30,162 nucleotides of DNA, taken from positions 1-30,162 of the forward strand of contig JAFGNN010000055.1 in assembly GCA_016926955.1 (NCBI GenBank). Reading direction: 5' to 3'. Made by a program: the position numbers and the translations under genes. The stretch is from Spirochaetales bacterium. GTDB lineage: Bacteria > Spirochaetota > Spirochaetia > Treponematales > UBA12059. A model generated the notes under the pieces. The model ran no database searches. It worked only from the letters and a program-made list of their open reading frames with translations, and was not told where the DNA came from. Shown piece after piece: positions 1 to 7,856 of this stretch (the first letter of the stretch is position 1; each line of letters opens with the position of its first letter).

Positions 1-354
1 CGGCGCCGCGACCTGGCCGCCGGCGTAGCCCGACTCGACGTCGACCACGCCCGCCAGTTCCTCGTAGACCGCTTCGAGGCACCAGAAGCAGCCGCCGCCT
101 AAGACGAGTTCCTTGAAGGCAGAAGGGTCGGACACGGTGTACTCCTTTCCGAGGGGAGCCGGGTTCAGGAGGGCGTTGCGGGCGGCGAGGCGCTCCGCGT
201 CGTCCGCCTGAGCGCTCTCCGCGACGGCGGATCCGGGCGCGCAGGCCATGAGCACGGGGACGGCGAGGATGGCCGCAAGGACGGTTCGCAATCGCGATCG
301 CCGAAACTCGCTTCCCGCCGGCGCCGCTCCCTGGCTTTTTATGAGCGAAATCAT
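1..354 (-). CDS. msrA: Peptide methionine sulfoxide reductase MsrA, 3'-truncated by the window edge. It is predicted to be secreted or a lipoprotein (signal peptide with an L-M-A-C lipobox).
   Basis: The minus-strand translation gives ...[26 protein letters not shown]... followed by [28 protein letters not shown], which matches the MsrA GCFWC/SGY.GG active-site signature. The ATG at 354 has no SD; an alternative ATG at 249 would remove the signal peptide. This ORF is not in the supplied track because it runs off the window edge. Confidence 0.65.
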   Translation of the reverse strand, partial: MISLIKSQGAAPAGSEFRRSRLRTVLAAILAVPVLMACAPGSAVAESAQADDAERLAARNALLNPAPLGKEYTVSDPSAFKELVLGGGCFWCLEAVYEELAGVVDVESGYAGGQVAAP

Positions 355-398
355 AAACTAAAGATAGCTACGCGCGCGCCTTCCGGCAAACGCCTGGC

Positions 399-492
399 GG
401 TGTCACGAAGCTTCCGGGTGGCGCTGCGAACGCAGGTGTCACGAAGCTTCCGGGTGGTGTAGGGGCCCTGGTGTCACGAAGCTTCCGGGTTG
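399..492. repeat. Three tandem direct repeats of ~23 bp (GGTGTCACGAAGCTTCCGGGTGG) with a 35-36 bp period. Each contains GTGtCAC and the palindrome GAAGCTTC. The spacers carry their own small palindromes (CTGCGaaCGCAG, AGGGgCCCT). This is a candidate operator/iteron array.
   Basis: Copies are read directly at 399-421, 435-457 and 470-492 (the third has one insertion). The array lies between divergent msrA and gntR, 70-165 bp upstream of the gntR ATG. Confidence 0.6.
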
Positions 493-525
493 GCGGAAGC
501 GGCCGCACGATTTTTCCCGCGCCTC

Positions 526-554
526 GTTGACAGCTTTTCGCTCCCGGCGTACTA
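526..554 (+). promoter_or_regulatory. Sigma70-type promoter for the gntR operon: TTGACA (526-531), a 17-nt spacer, then TACTAT (549-554). The ATG at 564 is ~3 nt from the predicted TSS, so the mRNA is leaderless.
   Basis: There is a near-consensus -35/-10 with optimal spacing. No SD precedes the ATG at 564. Confidence 0.5.
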
Positions 555-563
555 TTGTACTAG

Positions 564-965
564 ATGAATAGATCAATCGTCGATCAGACGATGGAGTTCC
601 GGCTCGACACCGCGAGCGGCTTGCCGGTCTACCGCCAGATCATCCAGCAGATCGAGCACGCCATACTCTCCGGGCGGCTCGCGCCGGGCGACCGCCTGCC
701 GACGATCCGCGCGCTCTCGGTCGAGCTCAAGGTGAATCCCAACACCATCCAGAAGGCCTACGCCGAGCTCGAGCTGCGGGGCATCGTGTCGACCCAGGTA
801 GGGTCGGGCACCTTCGTCGCGGACGCGCCGATCGACTCGGCGGAGGATGAGCTCTTGAGCAGGATCGAGGAGCGCGTGGGGCGCTTCGTCAAGGATATGG
901 AAGAACTCGGGATCGGGCGCGAGCGCATGGTCGACCTGGTCCGCGACTTCAGGGAGGATCGATGA
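564..965 (+). CDS. GntR-family transcriptional regulator, short YtrA-like subfamily (133 aa).
   Basis: The HTH segment LPTIRALSVELKVNPNTIQKAYAELELRGIVSTQVGSGTFV is typical of the GntR wHTH. The short C-terminal domain resembles YtrA-type regulators, which usually sit in ABC-transporter operons. Its stop overlaps the next gene's start (ATGA at 962-965). Confidence 0.85.
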   Translation: MNRSIVDQTMEFRLDTASGLPVYRQIIQQIEHAILSGRLAPGDRLPTIRALSVELKVNPNTIQKAYAELELRGIVSTQVGSGTFVADAPIDSAEDELLSRIEERVGRFVKDMEELGIGRERMVDLVRDFREDR

Positions 966-2137
966 CGTTTTTCCGGAAGCTGCTGGGCGGCGGCCGCGAG
1001 TCCGCGGGCCGCGGCCCCCTCATCAAGAACGCCGGGCGCCGCCCGAGCACGCGCGACTTCGAGCTCGGCGCGGTGGGATTGGCCCTCGCCGCCCTGCTGG
1101 TCGCATTCTCCGTCGCCGCCCGACTCCTTTCCGGGACGCATCCTTCTCCCCTGGCCTTCGGCGCCCTGCTGGGCGCGCCGATCCTGGCGGCCGCGACGAT
1201 GACGCTCTTCCCGCGCTGGAGCGCGGCGGTCAAATTCGTCCTCCTCGCCCTCGTGGCGAGCGCTGCTTGGGCGTCCCTCGGCGCGGCCGGCGCGGACGCG
1301 GGCCTGGCGCTGGCATTCGCCGCGGTCGGCGCCTTCGTGGCGCCCTCGGTGCAGCGCCTGGCCGAATGGGAACGGGGCATCGTGCTGCGTTTCGGCAAGT
1401 TCCGGCGCGTCCGGGGGCCGGGGCTTTTCGTCCTCTTCCCCGTGGCCGACAAGCTGGCCGAGACGGTGGACCTGCGCATCCGCGTGACGGACTTCTCCGC
1501 CGAGACGACGCTAACGCGCGACTCGGTGACCGTCACGGTGGACGCGCTCTGCTTCTGGCTGGTGTGGGACGCGGAAAAGGCGGTGCTCGAGGTCGAGGAC
1601 TACGAGGAGGCGGTGATCCTCTCGGCCAAGACCGCCCTGCGCGCCGCGGTGAGCAAGCACGACCTCTCGGTCTTCCTCGAGTCGGGCGAGACCATCGAGG
1701 AGCGGATCCGCGCCGAGGTGGACCGCAAGACCACGGACTGGGGCGTGACGGTGCAGCACATCGAGATCACCGACATCCAGATTCCCGAACAGCTGCAGGA
1801 TTCCCTGAGCCGCCTCGCGCAGGCGGAGCGCGAGAAGAAGGGACGCATCCTGCTCGCGGAGGCGGAGATCGAGATAGCCAAGCGCTACGAGGAAGCCGCG
1901 CGCGTCTACGCGGCCAACCCGACGGCGCTGAAGCTCAAGAGCCTCTCCATCCTCAACGAGGGCCTCAAGGCGGGCAACTCGATGATGCTGGTCCCCGACT
2001 CCATCACCGAGGAACTCAAATCGAACGACATTTTCGGCCTCCAGGCGCTCAACGAGCTCCGGAGGGACGAACAGGCATCCGCTGGCAAGGGAACGAAGAA
2101 AGCCGCCCCGGACGGGCGCGGCAAGGCAAGGAGCTGA
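962..2137 (+). CDS. Membrane-anchored SPFH/band-7 (stomatin/prohibitin-like) protein, 391 aa.
   Basis: An N-terminal ~130 aa with several hydrophobic helices is followed by an SPFH core (GIVLRFGKFRRVRGPGLFVLFP...DLRIRVTDFSAETTLTRDSVTVTVDALCFWLV...) and a coiled-coil AQAEREKKGRILLAEAEIEIAKRYEEAARVY. Translation is coupled to gntR. Confidence 0.8.
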   Translation: MTFFRKLLGGGRESAGRGPLIKNAGRRPSTRDFELGAVGLALAALLVAFSVAARLLSGTHPSPLAFGALLGAPILAAATMTLFPRWSAAVKFVLLALVASAAWASLGAAGADAGLALAFAAVGAFVAPSVQRLAEWERGIVLRFGKFRRVRGPGLFVLFPVADKLAETVDLRIRVTDFSAETTLTRDSVTVTVDALCFWLVWDAEKAVLEVEDYEEAVILSAKTALRAAVSKHDLSVFLESGETIEERIRAEVDRKTTDWGVTVQHIEITDIQIPEQLQDSLSRLAQAEREKKGRILLAEAEIEIAKRYEEAARVYAANPTALKLKSLSILNEGLKAGNSMMLVPDSITEELKSNDIFGLQALNELRRDEQASAGKGTKKAAPDGRGKARS

Positions 2138-2139
2138 AC

Positions 2140-2829
2140 ATGGCGATCCTCAAGCTATCGAAGATCCGCAGGATCTACCGCAAGGGCGACAACGAGGTGG
2201 TGGCGCTCTCCGGCCTCGACCTCGAGGTCGAGAAGGGCGAATTCACCGCGGTGGTGGGCCCCTCGGGCTCGGGCAAGACGACCTTGCTCAACATCATCGG
2301 CTGCCTCGACTCTCCCACCTCGGGCGAGGTGGTCTACGACGGCACGCCGCTCAAGGCGCTCGGCGAGAAGGCGCTGGCGGACTACCGGAAACGCCACGTC
2401 AGCTTCGTGTTCCAGTCGTACAACCTGATTCCCGTGCTGACCGTGCGCGAGAACGTCGAACTGCCGCTGGTCATCGAGAAGCGCCTCAAACCCGCCGAGA
2501 TCAAGGCGCGGGCGCTCGAGGTGATCGCGGAAGTAGGGCTCGCCGACAAGGCCGACCGCTTCCCGCGCGAGCTTTCCGGCGGCCAGGAGCAGCGCGTGGC
2601 CATCGCGCGGGCCTTGGTCAAGGAACCCTACGTGATCCTGGCGGACGAACCGACGGCCAACCTCGACTCGCACACCGCCGAGGAGATCGTGGAGCTCATG
2701 CGCAAGGTCAACGCGGAGCGCAAGACCACCTTCATCTTCTCGACGCACGACAAGCTGGTCATGCAGCACGCGCGCCGCGTGGTGACCATACGCGACGGCG
2801 AGCTCGTCTCGGACGAGCGCAAGGAGTAG
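2140..2829 (+). CDS. ABC transporter ATP-binding protein of the LolD/MacB/FtsE type (229 aa).
   Basis: It has Walker A GPSGSGKTT, the signature LSGGQEQRVAIARAL, Walker B ILADEPTANLD and the H-loop FSTHD. The start ATG at 2140 is 2 nt after the SPFH stop. The track's upstream extension to 1267 is an Arg/Gly-rich artefact. Confidence 0.9.
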   Translation: MAILKLSKIRRIYRKGDNEVVALSGLDLEVEKGEFTAVVGPSGSGKTTLLNIIGCLDSPTSGEVVYDGTPLKALGEKALADYRKRHVSFVFQSYNLIPVLTVRENVELPLVIEKRLKPAEIKARALEVIAEVGLADKADRFPRELSGGQEQRVAIARALVKEPYVILADEPTANLDSHTAEEIVELMRKVNAERKTTFIFSTHDKLVMQHARRVVTIRDGELVSDERKE

Positions 2830-2832
2830 GCG

Positions 2833-4092
2833 ATGGGCACCCTCTGGAAGATCGCGTTCCGCAACGTGCTCAGGCACAAGCGGCGCACGGCGATCACGGG
2901 CGTGGTCCTCATGTTCGGGATCGGCGTCTACATCATGTTCGGCTCGATGCTCGCCGGCATGGACCGCATGAGCATCGACTCGATGGTCGACTACTCGACG
3001 GCCTCGGCGAAGGTCACGAGCCCAGGCTACCTCGAGACCATGTCCGGCACGCCGCTCGACTTCGGGCTCGAGAATCCGGCCGCCATCGAGCGGGCGGCGC
3101 TGGCCGCGGGCGCGAGCGGCACCACGCGGCGCACAGCCTTCGTGGGGCAGCTCTCCAACTACGTCGACGCCCTGCCGGTCATGGCTTTCGCCGTCGATCC
3201 GGCGACGGACGGGACGGTGTTCGCGCTGGAGCGCGCGGTCGACGCGGGCGAATGGTTCCCGGGCCGCGAGGCGAACGAGATCGTGCTGGGCAGGAAGCTG
3301 GCGGCCGAGCTCGGGCTTTCGGTCGGCGACTGGGTGGTGCTTTCCGGCCGCACCCGGCCCGGCGCCGAGAACGCCGACGAGTTCGTCGTGGTCGCCACCG
3401 TGGACGCCGCGGACCCGCAGGTATCGAACTCGGGCGCCTACGTGAGCTACGGGGCCGCCGAGGAATTCCTCGAGCTCGACGGGCTCGTCACCGAGCTCGA
3501 CCTGGCCCTGCCGCGCGCGGCCACGCTCGACCGCGCGCTCGACGAGGCGGACGCGCTGGCCGCCGCCCTGCGCGCGGAGTTCCCGGAGCTCTCGACGCGC
3601 TCGGTCAAGGACCAGGCCGCCGACTACCTGGCCATGCGGAACATGAAGAGCAAGTTCAGCTACGTGATGATGCTCGTGGTGCTGCTGATCGGCGGCGTCG
3701 GCATCGTCAACACCATATTGATGGCGGTCTACGCCCGCGTGAAGGAGATCGGCGTGCTTCGCGCCTACGGCATGCTGGGCCGTGACGTGAAGTCGCTCTT
3801 CACCATCGAGGGCGTCATCGTCGGCGCCATCGGCTCGCTGGCCGGCGCCCTGTTCGGCCTCGCGCTCACCTGGTACATGGTGGAGTACGGGATACCGGTC
3901 GGCGTCTTCTTCGCGGACGGCGGCCTCGACATGGGCAACCTGCCCCTGACGGGCAGCATGTACGGCGAATGGAAGCCGCTCGACATCGTCGTCGGCTTCG
4001 TCTTCGGCGTGGTCGTCTCGTTCATCGCGGCGCGGATTCCCGCGCGGCGCGCGGCCCGGCTCGAAGTGACCGACGCCCTGCGCTTCGTGTAA
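2833..4092 (+). CDS. FtsX-family ABC permease, LolC/LolE/MacB-like (419 aa).
   Basis: The N-terminus MGTLWKIAFRNVLRHKRRTAITGVVLMFGIGVYI is a typical FtsX/MacB TM1. A ~230-aa periplasmic domain is followed by a C-terminal three-TM FtsX domain. RBS AAGGAG lies at 2821-2826. Confidence 0.85.
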   Translation: MGTLWKIAFRNVLRHKRRTAITGVVLMFGIGVYIMFGSMLAGMDRMSIDSMVDYSTASAKVTSPGYLETMSGTPLDFGLENPAAIERAALAAGASGTTRRTAFVGQLSNYVDALPVMAFAVDPATDGTVFALERAVDAGEWFPGREANEIVLGRKLAAELGLSVGDWVVLSGRTRPGAENADEFVVVATVDAADPQVSNSGAYVSYGAAEEFLELDGLVTELDLALPRAATLDRALDEADALAAALRAEFPELSTRSVKDQAADYLAMRNMKSKFSYVMMLVVLLIGGVGIVNTILMAVYARVKEIGVLRAYGMLGRDVKSLFTIEGVIVGAIGSLAGALFGLALTWYMVEYGIPVGVFFADGGLDMGNLPLTGSMYGEWKPLDIVVGFVFGVVVSFIAARIPARRAARLEVTDALRFV

Positions 4093-4103
4093 GGGAGGAT
4101 AAG

Positions 4104-5339
4104 GTGCGCATACTCGACATGGCCTTGCGGAACCTGGGGCGGAACCACCGGCGCACGGCGCTGGCGGCGAGCTCCGTGTTCTTTGCCATCATGCTGATAC
4201 TCATCATGAACGGCCTCGTGAACGGCTTCATGGAATCGATGGTCCGCAACTACACCAAGAACGACTCGGGCCACGTGCATATCGCGACCGAGGGCTACCG
4301 CGCCCGCGAGCGCTTCATGCCCGTCGACGAGAACGTCCCGGACTCGACCGCGCTGGCCGCGGCCATCAAGGACCTGGACGGCCTCGAGGGCCGCGTGGAG
4401 ATCGTGGCGGAGCGCATCCGCTTCGGCACCCTGCTCTCTTCCGGACCCGCCACCAAGGCCGCCTTCGGCATGGCCGGCGACCCGGAGCTCGAGACCGAGC
4501 TGGTCATGCTCGACCGGAGCATCGTCGAGGGCCGCTACCTCACGGGCTCGGGCGACGCGGTGCTCGGCGCCGGGCTCGCGGCGGACCTCGGCCTCACGGT
4601 GGGCGACACGCTGAAGGTGGTGACCCAGCGCGCGGACTACGGGATCGGCTTCAAGCGCTTCACCATCGCGGGCATCTTCAAGACCGGCGTCAACACGCTC
4701 GACGGCAACCTCTTCCAGATCGGCCTCGACGACGCGCGCGAGCTCCTGGCCATCGAGGGCGCGCAGCAGCTGCTCGTCATGCTCGACCGTTCGGACTTCG
4801 CGCCGGAGGCGGCGCGGATCATCGAGGCGGCCCTGCCCGGGCTCGGCTTTTCGGGCCTGACGGCGCGACCCTGGCAGCAGGATTCGTTCGGCGGCTTCAT
4901 CACGCTCGTCTCGGGAGTGTACTGGTTCATGTACCTGATCTTCGCCGCGCTCGGCGCCTTCATCATCACCAACGTCATGATGATGGTCGTGCTCGAGCGG
5001 AAGCGCGAGATCGGCATCATGAAGTCGATGGGCATGCCGCGCCTCGAGCTGCTCGGCCTCTTCCTGCTCGAGGGCAGCCTCATCGGGCTCGCGGGCTCCT
5101 TCCTCGGCTCGGCCGTCGGCACCCTGCTCAACTGGGTCTTCTCGAAGATCGGCTTCGACATGACCGACGCGCTGGCCGGCTTCTCGTGGCCGCTCGACAA
5201 CATCATCTACCCGCGGGTCGACCTGCTGCAGGCCCTGCTTTTCGTGGGCCTCGGCACGCTCGTCGCCGCGGCCATGTCGTACCTGCCCTCGCGGAGCGCC
5301 TCGCGCATGGATCCCGTCGAGGCCATCCGCTCGGTGTAG
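4104..5339 (+). CDS. Second FtsX-family ABC permease, LolC/LolE-like (411 aa).
   Basis: A GTG start at 4104 is preceded by GGAGG (4094-4098); an alternative ATG lies at 4119. It has the same architecture as the upstream permease, with C-terminal motif ...ASRMDPVEAIRSV. Confidence 0.85.
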   Translation: MRILDMALRNLGRNHRRTALAASSVFFAIMLILIMNGLVNGFMESMVRNYTKNDSGHVHIATEGYRARERFMPVDENVPDSTALAAAIKDLDGLEGRVEIVAERIRFGTLLSSGPATKAAFGMAGDPELETELVMLDRSIVEGRYLTGSGDAVLGAGLAADLGLTVGDTLKVVTQRADYGIGFKRFTIAGIFKTGVNTLDGNLFQIGLDDARELLAIEGAQQLLVMLDRSDFAPEAARIIEAALPGLGFSGLTARPWQQDSFGGFITLVSGVYWFMYLIFAALGAFIITNVMMMVVLERKREIGIMKSMGMPRLELLGLFLLEGSLIGLAGSFLGSAVGTLLNWVFSKIGFDMTDALAGFSWPLDNIIYPRVDLLQALLFVGLGTLVAAAMSYLPSRSASRMDPVEAIRSV

Positions 5340-5352
5340 TCGACGATACCGA

Positions 5353-5474
5353 GAAACCACGGAGGCACGGAGACACGGAGGGAGGAGGGAGAAAACGGTC
5401 AAGAGCTTCCGATCACTCTTGAGCGAGAATTCCATCCTCCCTCTTTTCTCCCGATCTCCTTGCCTCCGTGGTTC
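5353..5474. repeat. Imperfect palindromic intergenic element of ~120 nt. The left terminus is GAAACCACGGAGGCACGGAG and the right terminus CCTCCGTGGTTC. It has a purine-rich arm (GGAGGGAGGAGGGAGAAAA), a pyrimidine-rich arm (TCCTCCCTCTTTTCTCCC) and a central TCAAGAG/CTCTTGA. It lies inside the operon between permease 2 and the LolA_like gene.
   Basis: The inverted repeats were read directly. The same terminal 19-mer recurs at 24364-24380 and 24398-24416, and inverted at 24522-24539. Confidence 0.65.
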
Positions 5475-5493
5475 TATTCTTCAAGGAGTTCAT

Positions 5494-6234
5494 ATGAAGC
5501 GTATCATTTTTACGGTGTTGGCGGCGGTGGCGGGGTTCGCGGCGTTCGCGCAAGCGGCGCCGACCGCGGCGGAAATATTGGCGAAGGTGGACGAGAACGA
5601 GAATTTCTCGTCCATCGAGTACGAGGGCCGCATGGAGCTCACGCTCGGCGGCAAGACCCGCGTCAAGACGATGAAGGCCGTGGCCGTCGGCGCGGACAAG
5701 GCGTACATCGAGTTCACCAACCCCGAGGACCGGGGCGTGCGCTACCTCAAGCTCGGCGACGAGCTCTGGATGTACTTCCCGAAGGAGGACGATACGGTCA
5801 AGATCTCCGGCCACCTGCTCCGCGAGGGCATGATGGGCTCGGACGTGTCGTACGAGGAAGCGCTCGAATCCGACAGCCTCGCCGATATTTACGACGCGGT
5901 CGTCAAGGGCCGCGAGGACTACGAGGGCAGGCCCGTCTGGGTGCTCGAACTCACGGCGAAGAAGAGCTCGGCCAGCTACGCGCGGCAGATCCTCCGCGTC
6001 GACGCCGAGCGCTTCGTGACGCTCTCGGCGGACCTGTACGCCAAGAGCGGCAAGTTGCTGAAGGAATCGCGCACCCTCGAAGTCAGGCTCATCGGATTGC
6101 GCTGGTACCCGGTCAAGGTCGAGCTCTCCGACAAGCTCCGCAAGGATTCCCGCACGAGCTTCGAGCTCGTGTCCATCAAGCTGGACGTCGCCGTGGATCC
6201 GAAGCGCTTCACGCTCTCGGAGCTGGGGAAATGA
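5494..6234 (+). CDS. LolA_like (PF17131-type) outer-membrane lipoprotein-sorting protein with a signal peptide (246 aa).
   Basis: It has the signal peptide MKRIIFTVLAAVAGFAAFAQA. The family-typical segment KLGDELWMYFPKEDDTVKISGHLLREGMMGSDVSYEEA matches the conserved LW.YLP...R(I/V)...MGSDF.YED core. RBS AAGGAG is at 5481-5486, and the ATG at 5494 lies inside the longer track ORF. Confidence 0.75.
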   Translation: MKRIIFTVLAAVAGFAAFAQAAPTAAEILAKVDENENFSSIEYEGRMELTLGGKTRVKTMKAVAVGADKAYIEFTNPEDRGVRYLKLGDELWMYFPKEDDTVKISGHLLREGMMGSDVSYEEALESDSLADIYDAVVKGREDYEGRPVWVLELTAKKSSASYARQILRVDAERFVTLSADLYAKSGKLLKESRTLEVRLIGLRWYPVKVELSDKLRKDSRTSFELVSIKLDVAVDPKRFTLSELGK

Positions 6235-7367
6235 AAGGCAACTCGGTCTCCGTCGCGGTTCTCGCGGCGGTCTTCGTCGTCGGCACCTTCCAGCTCGCTG
6301 CGCAATCCGGAGCGCCGGAGTTCGGCGGCGTTTTCTCCCGGAGCGACGCGGCCCTGTACGTTGCCGCCGGGGAAGTCGACTCAGGCGACTTCTCGTGGAC
6401 TGCGGCAAGCGCGCTCGAGCTCGCTCTCCGCGCGGGGGGCGATAGCGCGCGGGCCGAGGCCGCGTTCACGGCGACCGTGCTGAACGGCTCGGCGGCGGAG
6501 GCGATGATCGCGCTCGCGACCTCGATGTCGCTGCCGTCGGGTTCTCCTTTCGCCTCAGGCGGGGCGCTCGTCGTCCCGCTCGCGTCCGATCCGGCCTCCG
6601 TCCTGCTCCTCGAGCTCCGCTCGCTCCAGCTCAGGCTCGACCTGGGCGAGGCGCGGCTCCGCGCGGGCAGGCAGGTGGTCAATTTCGGGCGGGGCCAAGC
6701 CTTCAGCCCGGCGGACGTTTTCGCGCGGCGCGACCTTTCCGGGCTTTCCCCCGCGCGCGCGCCGGTGGACGCGCTCAGGCTTTCGGGCCCCTTCGGGCAG
6801 TTCGGCGGCTGGGACCTCGTGGCCGCGCCGCGCGCCGAAGCGGAGGACGGGACCTACGCGGCGCGCGCCTGGGCCTGGGCCTTCGGGGTGGATGGCGGCC
6901 TCATCGCGGGCCGCGACGGCGGACGCGGAGACTGGCTTGCCGCGGCGGACGTCCAGTTCGACCTCGGCGCCACCTTCCGCGGCGAGGTCCTGCTGCGGTA
7001 TTCAGATTCGGGGGACGCGCGCGTTTCGGCCATGGCCGGCCTCGACTGGTCGCTCGGCGACTTGCTCATGGGGGCCGAGTACTACCGGAACGGCGACGGC
7101 GCGGCGGGCGCGGTGCCGCTTTCGGGGGCTCCGGGCGCGGCTTCGGAACACTACCTTTTCGCGACGCTCGGCTGGCAAGCGGGCGATTTCGCGTCACTCT
7201 CCGCCAGCGCGCTCGCCGAGCTCGACGAAGGGCTCTGGGCGCCAGCCCTGGCCCTCACGGTAGACGCGACGCAGAGCGCCGACCTGGTCGTCGCCCTGCG
7301 GGGCCTCGCCGATTCTGGCGGCGTCGTATCGGCTGCCCTCGCGGCGACGCTCGAGCTTTCGTTCTGA
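6231..7367 (+). CDS. Putative outer-membrane beta-barrel protein (378 aa) with a signal peptide and a C-terminal Phe.
   Basis: The start overlaps the upstream stop (ATGA at 6231-6234). It has the signal MKGNSVSVAVLAAVFVVGTFQLAAQS, Gly/Ala/Ser-rich alternating segments and a terminal ...ATLELSF (an OMP-type C-terminal aromatic). No family was recognised. Confidence 0.55.
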   Translation: MKGNSVSVAVLAAVFVVGTFQLAAQSGAPEFGGVFSRSDAALYVAAGEVDSGDFSWTAASALELALRAGGDSARAEAAFTATVLNGSAAEAMIALATSMSLPSGSPFASGGALVVPLASDPASVLLLELRSLQLRLDLGEARLRAGRQVVNFGRGQAFSPADVFARRDLSGLSPARAPVDALRLSGPFGQFGGWDLVAAPRAEAEDGTYAARAWAWAFGVDGGLIAGRDGGRGDWLAAADVQFDLGATFRGEVLLRYSDSGDARVSAMAGLDWSLGDLLMGAEYYRNGDGAAGAVPLSGAPGAASEHYLFATLGWQAGDFASLSASALAELDEGLWAPALALTVDATQSADLVVALRGLADSGGVVSAALAATLELSF

Positions 7368-7448
7368 TCCGGCGCTGAAGGGCGGATGGCGCCGGCCTTG
7401 CCGCCACCCGCCTCGCGCCGGGCCGGGAAAGCGCGCTCTTCCCACCGC

Positions 7449-7856
7449 TCAGAGTCCGGAGTCCGGGCTCCATAGTCCCGCGACGAACTCGTCCACGGCG
7501 CCTTCGGGGCGGAACTCCGCCGCGAAGACCTCGGCCACCCAGGTCGACGCCTCGGGCAGTATGGAAAGCGCCGCCTCGAATCCGGCGTCGAGGGCACGCC
7601 GCCGCGCGGCGAGCGCGGAAACGCCGAGCGCGCCCGCCGCGACGACGGCGAGGGCGGCGGCGGCGAGCGCTCGGGTGCCGGGCATACGGCGAATCCGTAC
7701 CTCGCGCCGCCGCGACGCGTCCGCGGCCAGTTCGAGCGCCCCCGCTTCGGACGCGCGCGGCGTCCCTTCGCCCGCCAGGTTTCCGACGGCCGCCCGCAGC
7801 GCGGCGCCGAGCGCGGCGTCCCGTCCGTCCCCCAGAGCGATGCGTGTCCGTTTCAT
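7449..7856 (-). CDS. Putative single-pass membrane anti-sigma factor (135 aa), translationally coupled to the ECF sigma gene.
   Basis: The ATG at 7856-7854 overlaps the sigma gene's TGA (ATGA). It has one hydrophobic helix (ALAAAALAVVAAGALGVSALAA) and no zinc-binding anti-sigma motif. The assignment is positional. Confidence 0.45.
   Translation of the reverse strand: MKRTRIALGDGRDAALGAALRAAVGNLAGEGTPRASEAGALELAADASRRREVRIRRMPGTRALAAAALAVVAAGALGVSALAARRRALDAGFEAALSILPEASTWVAEVFAAEFRPEGAVDEFVAGLWSPDSGL

Noticed and set aside
399-492. Possible mini-CRISPR array (three direct repeats with spacers).
   Set aside because: The repeats are 23 bp, the spacers only 11-14 bp and themselves palindromic, and there are only three units. 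There are no cas genes or leader. It is better explained as an operator or iteron array.
1267-2137. N-terminal 290-aa extension of the ABC ATPase ORF (1267..2829), and other long overlapping ORFs. These include 949..1536-, 3252..3785+, 3765..5435-, 5413..6408-, 5460..6230+, 19334..20614+, 20977..22137+, 22943..24397+, 25682..27871-, 26077..27975+ and 24303..25397-.
   Set aside because: Each overlaps, in another frame or strand, a gene with clear family signatures and strong GC3 bias. Their translations are low-complexity Arg/Gly/Pro-rich. The real ATPase start is the ATG at 2140, directly after the SPFH stop.
7368-7448. Intrinsic terminator between the convergent OMP and anti-sigma genes.
   Set aside because: The hairpin CCGGCGC...GCGCCGG is present but has a 13-nt loop and no U-tract on either strand. 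It was not called.
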